Assembly (NCBI GenBank): GCA_963723515.1
Contig: CAVRQT010000003.1
Span: 416,001 to 480,000, forward strand
DNA from: Vulcanimicrobiota bacterium
GTDB taxonomy: Bacteria > Vulcanimicrobiota > Vulcanimicrobiia > Vulcanimicrobiales > Vulcanimicrobiaceae
DNA: 64,000 nt
Direction: 5' to 3'
In this document: one piece after another, positions 1 through 10,545 of the stretch
Position numbering within the stretch: the first letter of the stretch is position 1
How the letters are laid out: every line of letters starts with the position of its first letter
Notes under the pieces: generated by a model
Seen by the model: the letters and a program-made list of their open reading frames with translations, nothing else
Database searches by the model: none
Told to the model about the DNA's origin: nothing
Position numbers and translations under genes: made by a program

Positions 1-258
1 GCAATAGTTCCGGTTTGAGCAGCGCGTAAACGCCGACTGTAATTTCAGCAGTCGCCCACCGACTTGCGATCGCAAACGTGCCCACTGCGCCGGCGACGGC
101 CAGCGTGAAGTACCGGGCCGCGCGCGGCTGAACCGCGTCGCTGCAATGATCGGACGCAACAGCATCGAGAATGCCGCCGGCACCAGCGGCATTGCCGCGA
201 TCGCTTTGAGAAGGCTCTTGCGCTTGATGCGATTGGGACCGCGTGCGCGACGATTCAG
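1..258 (-). CDS. FAD-binding oxidoreductase (BBE-like), N-terminal part only; probable Tat-type leader
   Basis: Not in the ORF track. Manual translation from CTG 258 gives LNRRARGPNRIKRKSLLKAIAAMPLVPAAF...RPGTSRWPSPAQWARLRSQVGGRLLKLQS, which resembles the RPG..WPS..W..L...VGGRL N-terminus of this family. It runs off the window edge. Confidence 0.6.
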   Translation of the reverse strand, partial: MNRRARGPNRIKRKSLLKAIAAMPLVPAAFSMLLRPIIAATRFSRARPGTSRWPSPAQWARLRSQVGGRLLKLQSAFTRCSNRNYC

Positions 259-1100
259 TTCAGGGGCCACCGTAGGCCACCCGATCCGTCGGCGTACTGA
301 ACGGCCGTCACTCGATACGAAACGAACTGCGTTTGAAGCAGCGGAAGCGTCGCCGTACCCTGATTGCTAAGCAGGCAGTTCTCGGCAAGCGAACGAGGCG
401 TGAAAGCTCCTTGAACGGATTGCTGATATTGATCGACGGTCGTCGCCCCCGCGATTGCAACGTTGGGCGAAAACGTGCCGGTTCGTTCGAAGTGAAGTGA
501 AGTGATCGGCTGACTATTGGCATCGAGCAGCGGCAGATCGAAGTCAATCCGTGTCGCCGCGATCTTCGCGATGTTGGTGAAGGAGAGGCACACAAGAGCC
601 GCACTGCCGTCGTTCTTGATGGCGGCGAAGCCGTTCTGAATCGTGACGCCGCTGGGTGGCGCCGCCTGCTGAAGCGTTGCTCGCGCCAGCGGAACGGCTC
701 TCCAGTCTCCCGGTGACGGTGTGGGTGCCGGCCCTCCGCAAGAAACGTAATTGAAGGAATCAATTGGGAAGCGCTTCCCGCCGATCATTGCGTCGGTCGC
801 ACCGCGCCGGCACAACGCCGCGCGGCTCTTAGAATTGAGCCATGCTAATACTGCATCGCGATCGCTCTGTCCAAGCGCCAGCACTTGCGCTTCGGCTTGC
901 TGCCAATCGATCGTCGTCGTTGGTGGCGGCGATGGATTTGCTGCCCACCAAGCGACTTGCTGAAACGAGGAGCTGCTTAAACCGCGCAGCGTCGCCAGCA
1001 CTGATTGGAGTTGCGGTGATGCATAATCTCGCGCAGAGACGATTGTGCCGAGCGCGCTTAAACAAACAATCAGGCCGAATGCAAAACGCCTAGCGCGCAT
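255..1100 (-). CDS. Secreted hypothetical protein
   Basis: 281-aa ORF with an N-terminal signal peptide (MRARRFAFGLIVCLSALG), Pro-rich linkers and a beta-rich C-terminus. Confidence 0.7.
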   Translation of the reverse strand: MRARRFAFGLIVCLSALGTIVSARDYASPQLQSVLATLRGLSSSSFQQVAWWAANPSPPPTTTIDWQQAEAQVLALGQSDRDAVLAWLNSKSRAALCRRGATDAMIGGKRFPIDSFNYVSCGGPAPTPSPGDWRAVPLARATLQQAAPPSGVTIQNGFAAIKNDGSAALVCLSFTNIAKIAATRIDFDLPLLDANSQPITSLHFERTGTFSPNVAIAGATTVDQYQQSVQGAFTPRSLAENCLLSNQGTATLPLLQTQFVSYRVTAVQYADGSGGLRWPLN

Positions 1101-1139
1101 CTATCTGCCCTCCGCTGGTGCGGTGTTTGCAGCGAGGCG

Positions 1140-1590
1140 TTAGACCGCCTGCAGAATTTGAGATGGCGGACCGCCCAGCGTGCTTCGGAGGAGCAACTGA
1201 AATAAATGAGGCAAATCCGGAAATGCGGCGATTGAAACAAGCGCATCCAAATCAGGACCGACGATGCCGAGGACCGGCAGTGCTTCGAACGACGATGGCA
1301 AAGATTGCGACGCCAAGCGCGCACTCAAGAACGGCGAGATGGACGAGTATCGCGACGCTTCAAAGGCGAGCGTCCACCAATCAAGTGGCGATGAAAAGCG
1401 GAATCACGAGCGTTACGACGGACCAGGCAATCGCGTCGCTGAACCGAGGGCAAAGCAGATGCAGCCAACCAAAAAATGCCAGTCCGTGCAGATCCCCTGA
1501 ACGCGCGACGATGAAAAGCACGATCCACGATATGCCGAAGGCAAACTGTCCCAGCACCATCGGGAGAGGCGGAATCCACAATCTTTTCAT
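1140..1590 (-). pseudogene. Disrupted membrane-protein gene fragment
   Basis: Hydrophobic start MKRLWIPPLPMVLGQFAFGISWIVLF at ATG 1590, followed by stops and frame changes; hydrophobic pieces continue in other frames. Confidence 0.35.
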
Positions 1591-1729
1591 GCGTGAAACG
1601 TCTATTGCTGCCAAGCCCGTGCTCGAAGACGAATGCTCTGTCGCGCATGTCGCTAGATTGGGCCGTCGGCCGAGACGATCGAGCGGCTGCAGGATTGGGT
1701 AGGCCAAAAGACCTAACCGGTGAGGTCGT

Positions 1730-2861
1730 ATGGCCGTGCTGCTGCATTCTGCCCTCTCCAAGGCCCTTTTTCTCATGATGATCGCGGCGTGCTTGCTCTT
1801 GCTCATGGTCGGCTGCGGGGGCGGTGGTGGAAGTTCGTCCATTCCGTCCGCCGGGAACGCACACGCCGGTAGCCCTTCCCCTGTTCCGGGGCCGCCAACG
1901 CAAAATCCGCGACCGACAGCGCAGCCTTCCGGAGTCCCGGGACCAACCCCGACGCCCCCGGGCCCTCCGCCACCGGGCAATGTGGCGGTCTTTGAAGGGT
2001 GCAGCATCTTCATGCCTGGCGATTGGTACAACGGGGATATCAGTACTGCGCCGACCGATCCGAACAGTGCCGGCTATATCAGTTCACTGATGCAATATGG
2101 TGACGGCGCCGGCTTTTGGGCGTCGACTGGAATCGAATTCATAAATTTAGCGAACAGCCGGCACGCCGCTGCTTCCGGTGCAAAGCGTGCCGGATGGCGA
2201 GCGGTTTTCGACTCCTTATCCGTGGCTTGCGACATATCGTATAGAACCCGACGTCGACCATCATGCGATGGTGCTTGACACAAGTGCGTGCCGGCTTTTT
2301 GAATTGTATAACACACAGTATGCGGCCGGTACGCTTTTCGCGTATAGCGGTTTTATTTGGAACTTGCATGCGTCGATGAGTTCTCCGCGGGCGGGACTCC
2401 CTTCGGCGATGGCATCCGGCTTATCGCTATTCGCAGGCGCGGTCAAATGGGAAGAGTACGTTGCGGGCTCGATCAATCACGCACTGAACTGGGCCCCGGC
2501 GGCCGGATCGATTTCACAATACAACTTTGTTGCGCCCGCAAGCGACACCGGTGGACTTCCGTTCGTTGGTCCCGCAACAGCGCCACAGATTCCATACGGT
2601 GCACATCTTCGTTTACGGCCGTCTTTCGATGTGAGCGGGTTGGGTCCACAGGCACGCGCAGTTGTGAAGGCGATGCAAACCTACGGCATCTATCTCGCCG
2701 ACACGGGCGGCACATGCTGCGGCAATGCCCTATACTTCGTCAATGCGGTTGATGGCAGCAATCGATGGAATACTAGCGATTTGAATGGTCTCGCTCAAGT
2801 ACACATCTCAGATTTCGACGTTCTGCGATTGCCGCCGCTGCAGCGCGTACCCGGCCACTAA
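1730..2861 (+). CDS. Secreted lipoprotein, frameshifted near 2160
   Basis: Lipobox (LLMVGC), Gly/Pro linker and WYNGDISTAPTDPNS motif; continues in ORF 2178-2861 (INHAL, YGIYLADTGG). Confidence 0.7.
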
Positions 2862-2900
2862 TTTCTTTATCGTCGTCGAGCCTCCGATAGCCGCGAAACC

Positions 2901-3671
2901 GTGAGCGCTCTTCCGCCCGGCGTGCAAGGGGTGTTTTTTATCGGTTTGATGGTCGTCGTGGCAAGCGCCGGCGTCATCCTCACACGCCGCTTTGCACCGC
3001 AAGGCACGCTCGAGCGCCACAACGAGCTCGCCGGTTACGTCATCGCGGTTGTCGGCGTCGTCTACGCCGTCTTGCTCGCGTTTATGGCCTTTGCGGTCTG
3101 GGAGCGATTTGCCCAAGCGGAGATCCGCACGTACGACGAAGCGAACAATTTAGTGAATCTGTACCGCGATGTCGGCCCGCTCCCCACTGGTCACAAAATG
3201 CGAGCGGAAATCATTGCGTACACTCGCAGCGTCGTTAACGATGAGTGGCCGAAGATGCGTCGCGGCGAGGAAAGCGCGCAGGCAGATGCGCAATTGGAAG
3301 AGATCGGCCGCCAAGTACGGCATCTCCCGATCGCAAATCCCGGACAGCAAGATCTTCAGGCCGATGCGTTAGCCCGCCTCAATACGGTGCTGCTCGACCG
3401 CGATGACCGCCTCTCTATGAGTGTCGATGCTCTCCCGAAGATGATTTGGGTCATCCTGCTGTGCGGAGCGGCGGTCACGATCGGCTTCACGTTCTTGTTC
3501 GGCTTTCAGCGGCTCGAGCTGCACTTGATCACGACCGCGCTGCTGACGATCGCCATTGGACTCGCGCTGTTTCTGACGTATAGCGTTGACGCGCCGTTCG
3601 GACGTGGAATCCGAATCGAGCCGCGCGCCTTCGAGCGCGCGCTAGTGAGCTACGATCTAATCGGTCACTAG
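2901..3671 (+). CDS. DUF4239 / bestrophin-like membrane protein
   Basis: VGVVYAVLLAF..FAVWE, Y..SVVNDEWP.M and D.PF motifs; about 4 TM segments. Confidence 0.75.
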   Translation: MSALPPGVQGVFFIGLMVVVASAGVILTRRFAPQGTLERHNELAGYVIAVVGVVYAVLLAFMAFAVWERFAQAEIRTYDEANNLVNLYRDVGPLPTGHKMRAEIIAYTRSVVNDEWPKMRRGEESAQADAQLEEIGRQVRHLPIANPGQQDLQADALARLNTVLLDRDDRLSMSVDALPKMIWVILLCGAAVTIGFTFLFGFQRLELHLITTALLTIAIGLALFLTYSVDAPFGRGIRIEPRAFERALVSYDLIGH

Positions 3672-3692
3672 AGGTGCATCTGTTGCGGTCAG

Positions 3693-4133
3693 CTACACGA
3701 GTCGCGCTGTCAACTCGATCGCAATACCGCCCCGCAGCGCATTGGAAACCGGGCAAGTCGCTTCGGCGGCCTTCGCGATTTCCTGAAATTGATCGTCCGA
3801 AAGGCCGGGAACAGTAGCCGTCGTGTTCAGCCGCATCCGCGTGATCTTAAAACCACCGCCGCTTTGCGGTTCGACGATGCAGGTCGCGTCCGTTCTCACC
3901 TCTTGCGGCTGAGCGCCTCGTCCACCTAACGTCGCGGCGAGCGCCATGCTGTAACATGCAGCGTGCGCCGCGGCCAGCAACTCTTCCGGATTCGTGCCGG
4001 GCGCATTTTCGAATCGGGTCGCAAAACTATAGGGCGTATCCTCTAGCGTGCCGCTCGACATCGTGAAGCGGCCGTTTCCGCCGCGGAGATCGCCCGTCCA
4101 GGTCGCTGATGCGTTGCGCTCGATTGCCATCAT
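3693..4133 (-). CDS. osmC: OsmC family peroxiredoxin
   Basis: YSFATRFE..PGTNPEELLAAAHAACYSMAL and CPVSNAL. Confidence 0.92.
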   Translation of the reverse strand: MMAIERNASATWTGDLRGGNGRFTMSSGTLEDTPYSFATRFENAPGTNPEELLAAAHAACYSMALAATLGGRGAQPQEVRTDATCIVEPQSGGGFKITRMRLNTTATVPGLSDDQFQEIAKAAEATCPVSNALRGGIAIELTARLV

Positions 4134-4145
4134 GAAAGCTCCTCG

Positions 4146-5768
4146 TTATAGAGATTTGCGTTTTCGCAAGTTGGCCCATGCCGTGCGAAGAATGGCGACG
4201 ACCGCGATTGCCGCTGCGATCCAAAAGATCCAGGGGATCACTTGATGCCAGCCGGTCGGCCGGTAGACGACGAAAAGCACCGTAATCCCGACGATGCATG
4301 CGGCTGCGAGCATCGTGGCATTTGCGCGCTCGACGACGCGCTCGATTGTTCGCAACGCCGGCTCCAAATCTTCCAGTTTTGCCCAAACACGAAGGTTGCC
4401 GCGCTCGATGTCCGCCAGAACGCGATCCGCTCGACGCGGTAAGTCGATGCTCAACTCTGCCGTGTCAAGCGCTGAAAGACGCGCGCGGTCGAACCATTCA
4501 TTCGGCGCTAGTCGGGCAACCGCGGCGCGCTCGGAAATCGGCCTCAAGAAGTCCGCCAGCGTTCGTTCGGGTGCAACGGTGCTGATGATCGATTCGCTCA
4601 TCGCCACGGTCTTGAAAAAGATCGTGAGCGCGCTCGGCGGCCGGAGGCCATACGTGCGAATGAGATCCAGCATATCGCTGAGCGCCGGTGCGATCTCGAT
4701 ACGCGCGAGCGATGTGCTCAGGTACCGCTCGAGCAGCCGGCCTAGCTCCGATCTGAACGCATTTCGATCGATCGGACCAGTCGGCGGCGCAACTTGCATC
4801 AAGCGGTCGGTGATCCGCTCGACGTCGTGCCGCTGCATGGCGATCAAGATGTCGGCGATGCGCCGGCGACTTTCATCGGTGAGCGTTCCAACCATGCCGA
4901 AATCGATGACGCCGATCGTGCCGTCTTCGTAGACGAGAATGTTGCCTGGGTGTGGGTCGGCATGAAAGATGCCATGCAGCAATGCCGGCTCGAGAACGAA
5001 CCGGGCGATGCGCTGAGCTGCCTCTTCACGCCGAGGTTTTGAGAGTGAAGCCGCTTCCGATGCGCGCATCCCATCAACTCGCGTCAGCGTCAAGACGTGC
5101 GTCGTCGAAAGTTCGGCGATGACTTCGGGCAGTCGTACGCCGAAGTCATCCTCAAAGAACGTGCGGAAGAGCCGAATGTTGCGTGCTTCACGCGCATAGT
5201 CGAGCTCGGCACGAAGCGTATCGGAAAATTCTTCAATAATGCCCGACATATCGTAGTCGGCTAAGTCCGGAAAGAATTTCTCGGACGAACCGGCCAGTTG
5301 CGAAAGGATCTCGAGGTCGCGTTCGACGATCGCGCGCACGCCGGGCTTACGAACTTTCACGACGACGTCGCGACCATCGTGTAATTTCGCTAAATGCGCT
5401 TGTCCGATCGATGCGGATGCCAGCGGCACGGGATCGAAGAACGCGAAGAGTTCTTGCGGCCTTGCGCCCAGCTCCGCTTCAATCTCCGTTTCGATGATCG
5501 CCGTGTCAACCGGCGGCATCGCGTCCTGTAACTTTGAAAGCTCTTCACGGTACTCGCGCGGCAGCTCTCCGCGGGTCGAGAGAATCTGCCCGAACTTGAT
5601 GAACGTGGGGCCAAGATCTTCACAGACAAGGCGCGCTTGCGTCGCTTGGGTGCGTGCACGCTCACCTGAAGCCAGTCGCAACGCGCCGGCGGCGGCAAGG
5701 CCATGCTTACCGAATGCGCCGATGATTTCACGATAACGCTCCGAACGCGTCGGTGCACGCTGCTCCAT
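4146..5768 (-). CDS. AarF/UbiB (ABC1) family atypical kinase
   Basis: LGPTFIKFGQILSTR, ASASIGQAH, VVVKV, FHADPHPGN, IDFGMVG; C-terminal TM pair. Confidence 0.92.
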   Translation of the reverse strand: MEQRAPTRSERYREIIGAFGKHGLAAAGALRLASGERARTQATQARLVCEDLGPTFIKFGQILSTRGELPREYREELSKLQDAMPPVDTAIIETEIEAELGARPQELFAFFDPVPLASASIGQAHLAKLHDGRDVVVKVRKPGVRAIVERDLEILSQLAGSSEKFFPDLADYDMSGIIEEFSDTLRAELDYAREARNIRLFRTFFEDDFGVRLPEVIAELSTTHVLTLTRVDGMRASEAASLSKPRREEAAQRIARFVLEPALLHGIFHADPHPGNILVYEDGTIGVIDFGMVGTLTDESRRRIADILIAMQRHDVERITDRLMQVAPPTGPIDRNAFRSELGRLLERYLSTSLARIEIAPALSDMLDLIRTYGLRPPSALTIFFKTVAMSESIISTVAPERTLADFLRPISERAAVARLAPNEWFDRARLSALDTAELSIDLPRRADRVLADIERGNLRVWAKLEDLEPALRTIERVVERANATMLAAACIVGITVLFVVYRPTGWHQVIPWIFWIAAAIAVVAILRTAWANLRKRKSL

Positions 5769-5806
5769 CGGACCCTTCTTACCCAGGACTCCGCTGCTGT
5801 GTGCGG

Positions 5807-6358
5807 TCAGTCTTCCGTTTGGCAGCGCGCCGTTTTCGGATCGTCGCTTGGAAAGATCGCGAACAGCGTGCCTTTGGGAACCGTGATGTTCTTGCCGCGA
5901 TGGAAGTAGTTGAATGCGCCGATCGCCGCACCGAAGCCGGGGACCGGGATCGCGCCCAAATACCCCGGCAAACTACTTGATGCGCCGGACTCCATGAGAT
6001 CGCTCGGCTTATGGTCGAGAACGACGCCGAGTTTTTGGCCGCTCGGCAAGACGAGGTAACGAGGTTCCAAAACGAGCGTACCTGCGTGTCCGCCTTTGCC
6101 GGCAGGCGAGGCGATCGCGACGATTCCCCATCCAAGCGTGTGGGCGGGAATGACGATATGCGTTCGATCCGTGACCGCGTTGATCGTTTTGAAGCGAAAA
6201 AAGTCGCCCGGATGCGCTTTCCCTGAATCGACCGAGTCGATCGTCTCGACAGCGACGATCGTGCATGGATCCACGCCTTGTTGCGGCGGTGGCGATGCTC
6301 CAAAGAGCGGTGCGCAAAGAAAAAGAGCGACGAGTCGTCGCCTCATCGCTCTTCCCAT
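5807..6358 (-). CDS. Secreted hypothetical protein
   Basis: Signal peptide MRRRLVALFLCAPLFGA; VDS.KA.PGD.F.F and VPKGT motifs, a beta-rich TrbI-like pattern. Start uncertain. Confidence 0.6.
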   Translation of the reverse strand: MGRAMRRRLVALFLCAPLFGASPPPQQGVDPCTIVAVETIDSVDSGKAHPGDFFRFKTINAVTDRTHIVIPAHTLGWGIVAIASPAGKGGHAGTLVLEPRYLVLPSGQKLGVVLDHKPSDLMESGASSSLPGYLGAIPVPGFGAAIGAFNYFHRGKNITVPKGTLFAIFPSDDPKTARCQTED

Positions 6359-6374
6359 CACTACCTTGCCTACG

Positions 6375-6824
6375 TTATTGGGTCGTAAAGACGCCAACGA
6401 CGGTCGGCACACAACTTGAACCGGTATTGTTGACGGATACTTGCAACGACGTTGCGGGCGGAAACGTCCCAAATGCGCCGGTTTGATAAATCGGATTGGG
6501 GAACGGCGGAACCGTGTTCGGTGTTGGGAGTGGATTTGGTGCCGGGCTGAGGTTGCCGGCGCTCACGGCGACCAAAAAACCTCCACTCGTGAGTTCGATG
6601 TCCCAACCGGCGGGCAGCGTCGTCGTCGTTGCGATGATGACCTGTCCAAGAGTGTCCGGCACATTCGTCGAGCCATTCGCCGGATAGACCAGAGCGCTCG
6701 TCGCGCCCACTTCAGCCAAGCATGACGACGACGGTGCGGGCGTTCCACCGCTGGTGGACGACGAGCATGCGGCTGCGCCGACCGCAAGAACTGCCACAGA
6801 AAGCCAAATGAACTTGCGCATCAC
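6375..6824 (-). CDS. Lipoprotein, hypothetical
   Basis: Lipobox AVGAAAC followed by a Ser-rich linker and a YPANGSTNVP Ig-like start. Confidence 0.7.
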   Translation of the reverse strand: MMRKFIWLSVAVLAVGAAACSSSTSGGTPAPSSSCLAEVGATSALVYPANGSTNVPDTLGQVIIATTTTLPAGWDIELTSGGFLVAVSAGNLSPAPNPLPTPNTVPPFPNPIYQTGAFGTFPPATSLQVSVNNTGSSCVPTVVGVFTTQ

Positions 6825-6873
6825 GGGCGATACTTTGCTGGCTGCAAGTGCGGCTCATGCCGAGAGGCGGCAC

Positions 6874-7221
6874 TCATTTGTTTTTCATTTGCTGATAAGC
6901 AGCGTCGCACTTTGCCGCGAGGATGAAGTCGCTTTCGGTTAGGCCGTCGATTTTATGCGTCCAAATCTCGAGTCTTACGCGACCCCAGCTCAAATGGATG
7001 TCCGGATGGTGACGCTGCTCCTCGGCGATCTGTCCAATCGCATCCGTAAAAGCAAGCGCTTGCCGAAAGTTCTTAAATTCGAACGTCTTTTCCAAATGGT
7101 GCTCATCGACGGAATGCCAACCGGACGAAAGCTCTTGCAGAAGCGGGGCGATCTCTTTCGCGCGCATCGGCGGCACGCCGCCTCGACACGGAATGCAGGT
7201 CTTCTGGGCGAGCTCCGTCAT
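6874..7221 (-). CDS. Pterin-4-alpha-carbinolamine dehydratase
   Basis: LAQKTCIPCRGG, AEEQRHHPDI, WTHKIDGLTESDFILAAK.D; start set at ATG 7221. Confidence 0.92.
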   Translation of the reverse strand: MTELAQKTCIPCRGGVPPMRAKEIAPLLQELSSGWHSVDEHHLEKTFEFKNFRQALAFTDAIGQIAEEQRHHPDIHLSWGRVRLEIWTHKIDGLTESDFILAAKCDAAYQQMKNK

Positions 7222-7278
7222 GTGAAAAAAGTTCGCGGCGCTAAGGGCAAATGCTTGTGCGCTTTGAAATCCAGGCGC

Positions 7279-8166
7279 ATGCGAGAAGCGGTGCTCGTCG
7301 CTCGTGCCGGGTCGCGTTACGGCGCGGTCGATCTTTCGCGAACCGCTCAGCTGCTCACCAGACGCGGCATCCGCATCGAACAAACGCACATTGTTCCAAG
7401 CCACGAGGCGCTGCATGCTCGGGTGAAAGACGCGGTGCGTTCACGTGCGGAAATCGTCGTAGTGTGTGGTGGAGACGGAAGCCAATCCGCTGCGGTGGAC
7501 GCAATGGCGCAATCCGAATCGGTTCTCGGGATCATTCCGGCCGGTACAGGCAACAGCTTTGCGCGCAGCCTCTCGATCAAGCCATCGCTTGAGGACGCTG
7601 TTGACGTCATTGCATCGGCGAAAGTTGTGCGCATCGACTTGCCTCGCGCCAACAAGACATACTTTGCGAACTTCGCGACCGTTGGACTCGCCGCACAAAT
7701 CGCCGTCGATACGCCGCATCTCTTGAAGCGAACGACGGGACCGCTCGCCTACGTCTTGACCGGCGTTGCACCCGTGCTTTTTCACCGGCCGTTCCACTGC
7801 ACGGTGAAGTGGGATGGAAAGAAAAGCTTTGAGATGACGACGGATCAAATAATCGTCGGTCGCTACTTCGGCGCCGAGCCGATTCTGAGCGACGTGACGC
7901 CGTTCGATGGCCGGCTTGCGTTCTTCGCAACTCGCGCGGGCGGCACGTGGAGCACCTTGCGCAGTTACTTGGCGCTTCTTCGTGGAACCGAGCGCCAGCT
8001 CTCGGATGCGCATTGTTTTTCCGCAGAAAAAATCAAGATTCGCACCGACTCTCCGCAGCCGCTCTCGCTCGACGGCAGCGATTTTGGCGAGACGCCGGTG
8101 AAGTTTTCAGTCTGCCGCCGCGCGTTGCGCGTCTTCGTGCCGCAAACTCTGGCGAATTCCGCGTGA
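7279..8166 (+). CDS. YegS/DAGK family lipid kinase
   Basis: VCGGDGS, IIPAGTGNSFARSL, LDG; start trimmed to ATG 7279. Confidence 0.88.
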   Translation: MREAVLVARAGSRYGAVDLSRTAQLLTRRGIRIEQTHIVPSHEALHARVKDAVRSRAEIVVVCGGDGSQSAAVDAMAQSESVLGIIPAGTGNSFARSLSIKPSLEDAVDVIASAKVVRIDLPRANKTYFANFATVGLAAQIAVDTPHLLKRTTGPLAYVLTGVAPVLFHRPFHCTVKWDGKKSFEMTTDQIIVGRYFGAEPILSDVTPFDGRLAFFATRAGGTWSTLRSYLALLRGTERQLSDAHCFSAEKIKIRTDSPQPLSLDGSDFGETPVKFSVCRRALRVFVPQTLANSA

Positions 8167-8774
8167 TCGTCGAGAGCCGGCTGTGGATCGGCGCTTTGGT
8201 TGCAATGGCGCTTTTCGTCATCTTGGGCTTGGCGGTTTCGCGAATTCCGCCGACGCGTTTCGATATTGAAGCCGGCGCCGCTCGCGGCACAGCGACCCAA
8301 CTCGCGATCGCCTTCACGCAATCCGGCCGCTTTTGGCCCCTGATCGGACTGGCATCTCTCGGGGCGCTCATCTTCGCGATTGCGCGTTGGCCCATCTGGA
8401 TTCCGATTGCAATCTTCTGTTCGCAGATCGTTTCGCAGGGCGGCATTGAAATCGCTAAGCGCGTCTTTGCGCGAACGCGCCCGGACGATTGGCTGTTTCG
8501 CCACGAGCTGGGCTATTCGTACCCGAGCGGACACGCGTGCACGTCGATCGTCTTCTTCGGCGCGTATGCGCTTGCGGTCTCTGCCTTACCGATCTCGAGA
8601 GGCTGGAAAATCGGCATTGTGGCGTGCGTGATCGTATGGATTATGGGAATCGATTGGTCGCGCGTGGCGCTCGGCGCACATTATTTGACGGATGTGGTCG
8701 GCGGTACGCTTTTCGGTGTTGGCTGGCTTTGCGGTACTGTTGCGCTGTTGCGTTCGTGGAGCGCTTTACGGTGA
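8163..8774 (+). CDS. PAP2 family phosphatase
   Basis: K..FARTRP, SYPSGH, SRVALGAHY.TDV; GTGA overlap with the kinase stop. Confidence 0.9.
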   Translation: MIVESRLWIGALVAMALFVILGLAVSRIPPTRFDIEAGAARGTATQLAIAFTQSGRFWPLIGLASLGALIFAIARWPIWIPIAIFCSQIVSQGGIEIAKRVFARTRPDDWLFRHELGYSYPSGHACTSIVFFGAYALAVSALPISRGWKIGIVACVIVWIMGIDWSRVALGAHYLTDVVGGTLFGVGWLCGTVALLRSWSALR

Positions 8775-10241
8775 CTTAACCGCGGGATCGCCGCTGCGCG
8801 GTGAGAGGCCGAGTCGCTCTTTCGCGTATTCCAAGATGACCCGAAAATGCGAAAGGAAGCCGCCGCCCAAATGACCTTGTGCGGTTGCATGCAGTGATTT
8901 TGTGGCGCCGATCTGCTGCGCTTCAACGCGGAAGTCGCCGACTTGAACCTGAGCGATCTCGCCGATCAGCTCTTCGCCGCTGCCGCCGACGCCGCTGACC
9001 GTTTGTGTTGCGGTTGCTGAAAACAATTCGGGATGTGCGCTGTAGTAGTCGTACGAGAGATTGATCGTCGACTCATCACCGGTATCGACCGCCAGTGCGG
9101 CAAGCGTGCTGCCCAAACGGACGGGCACGACCGGTACGAAATTGAAGAAGGAGAGAGGAACGATCGACGTGGTTGGACCGGCGGCATCTTCATTGAACTG
9201 CACGCTTCGCGCCCCGTAATCGATCGCAACCGTGGAACGTGCAAAGACGTCGGCTCCCAAAATCGCATCATAACGGAAACGGTGAATGTCGTGCAGCACG
9301 ACATAGTTGGCAGTCGGGAAGATGACGCCGCCGACATTTAACGGTCCGCCCCGAACGACTTCAGTTGCATAACGACCGAGACCGCGCACCTCGTACTCGC
9401 CAACGACGGGCAGGCGCTGTTGTTCGGCAAACTCCAAACTGACTGAAAGTCCCGAGTTCCCCGTGTCGAGTAGACATCGTAGCGTGACGGTACCGATCGT
9501 GCAGGGAATGACCGGCGTGTCGCCCGCGTCGAGCATCGGCACGGTGTCAGGCGTCGCCGGAAAGCGCGGCGACAACCCGTGCGGTGGTTGGAACGGTGCG
9601 GCAAGAATGCCGCGGCTTTCATAACGCTGAGAGATTGCGCCGTTTTGGTAAATCGTAAACGGCAGCAGTAACGGCCCGACGCGCCGGTAATCTGCATCCA
9701 CGAAAAGCACATGCCCTTGCCAGTCGCGAACTGCGAAGACGAGATAGGTCGAAGGATCGACCAAGATAACGACCGGCGCCGTATCCCGTGCCGTGATGCC
9801 GATCGAACGGTATGTGTACTTGCCTTCGGCCACCGTGCCGAAGTCGATCAAGGCACCCCCTTTACGTTCGAAGGCCGGTGCTAAGAATGTGCCGCTATTG
9901 ACGGTGCGCGTTGCGCGAACGAAGCGTTCCGTGGCGCCGGAATTGGGCAACGCCGTGTCGTTCAGGTTGACGGCATAGAGCCGATAGCCATCAAAGTAGG
10001 TTCCCGTACAAACGGTGTTCTTGCAAACGCGCGTGAGAAACGTCAGTCCGAAGAGATCGGTGCGCGTGATCGCCGTGTCGTCGGTGCGATCGCGTGAGGC
10101 GCTGACGATATGATAGCGGTATGGTTCTCCGGATGCGGCGCGCATATGTTGCACGAAGTCGCGCAGAGGCATTGCGGGGCCAGACCCTATGAGGAAAACC
10201 GCTAGGGTAGAGAGCGCCAGCAGCCGGCCGGCGAAGCCCAT
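8766..10241 (-). CDS. Secreted aspartyl protease with two retropepsin-like domains
   Basis: Two catalytic motifs (LLDTGNS, AVDTGDE) each followed by an ILG/HLG motif; signal-like N-terminus. Start uncertain. Confidence 0.8.
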   Translation of the reverse strand: MGFAGRLLALSTLAVFLIGSGPAMPLRDFVQHMRAASGEPYRYHIVSASRDRTDDTAITRTDLFGLTFLTRVCKNTVCTGTYFDGYRLYAVNLNDTALPNSGATERFVRATRTVNSGTFLAPAFERKGGALIDFGTVAEGKYTYRSIGITARDTAPVVILVDPSTYLVFAVRDWQGHVLFVDADYRRVGPLLLPFTIYQNGAISQRYESRGILAAPFQPPHGLSPRFPATPDTVPMLDAGDTPVIPCTIGTVTLRCLLDTGNSGLSVSLEFAEQQRLPVVGEYEVRGLGRYATEVVRGGPLNVGGVIFPTANYVVLHDIHRFRYDAILGADVFARSTVAIDYGARSVQFNEDAAGPTTSIVPLSFFNFVPVVPVRLGSTLAALAVDTGDESTINLSYDYYSAHPELFSATATQTVSGVGGSGEELIGEIAQVQVGDFRVEAQQIGATKSLHATAQGHLGGGFLSHFRVILEYAKERLGLSPRSGDPAVKSP

Positions 10242-10545
10242 GGAGATGGAATTCGAGTTGCTCGACCGGTATCTTCTGTCGGCCGAGGGTTCGAAGGCGG
10301 CCGTCGTTGCGGAACTGTTGCGCAATCCGTCAGCCGATCCGGCGGCCGCGCCGTTCTATCGAGCGCTTCGGCAAATCGGACCTCGCGCGGCCGATGAGGC
10401 GCTGATCGCCTTGCGCTTGGTTTTGGCGGGGAAGCCCCCTGCCGACGAAAATGTTCGTTCGCTGCGCGACCTAATCAAGAGTTCGCGCGCCGGCGGTGAA
10501 GATGCGGCTTCTGCGCGGGAAGCGTACCACGCGGAGTTGCGCTGA
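10240..10545 (+). CDS. Small helical hypothetical protein
   Basis: MEMEFELLDRYL...; its stop overlaps the start of the next gene. Confidence 0.6.
   Translation: MEMEFELLDRYLLSAEGSKAAVVAELLRNPSADPAAAPFYRALRQIGPRAADEALIALRLVLAGKPPADENVRSLRDLIKSSRAGGEDAASAREAYHAELR

Noticed and set aside
6955..7278. N-terminal extension of the lipid kinase
   Set aside because: It is the antisense shadow of the pterin dehydratase gene.
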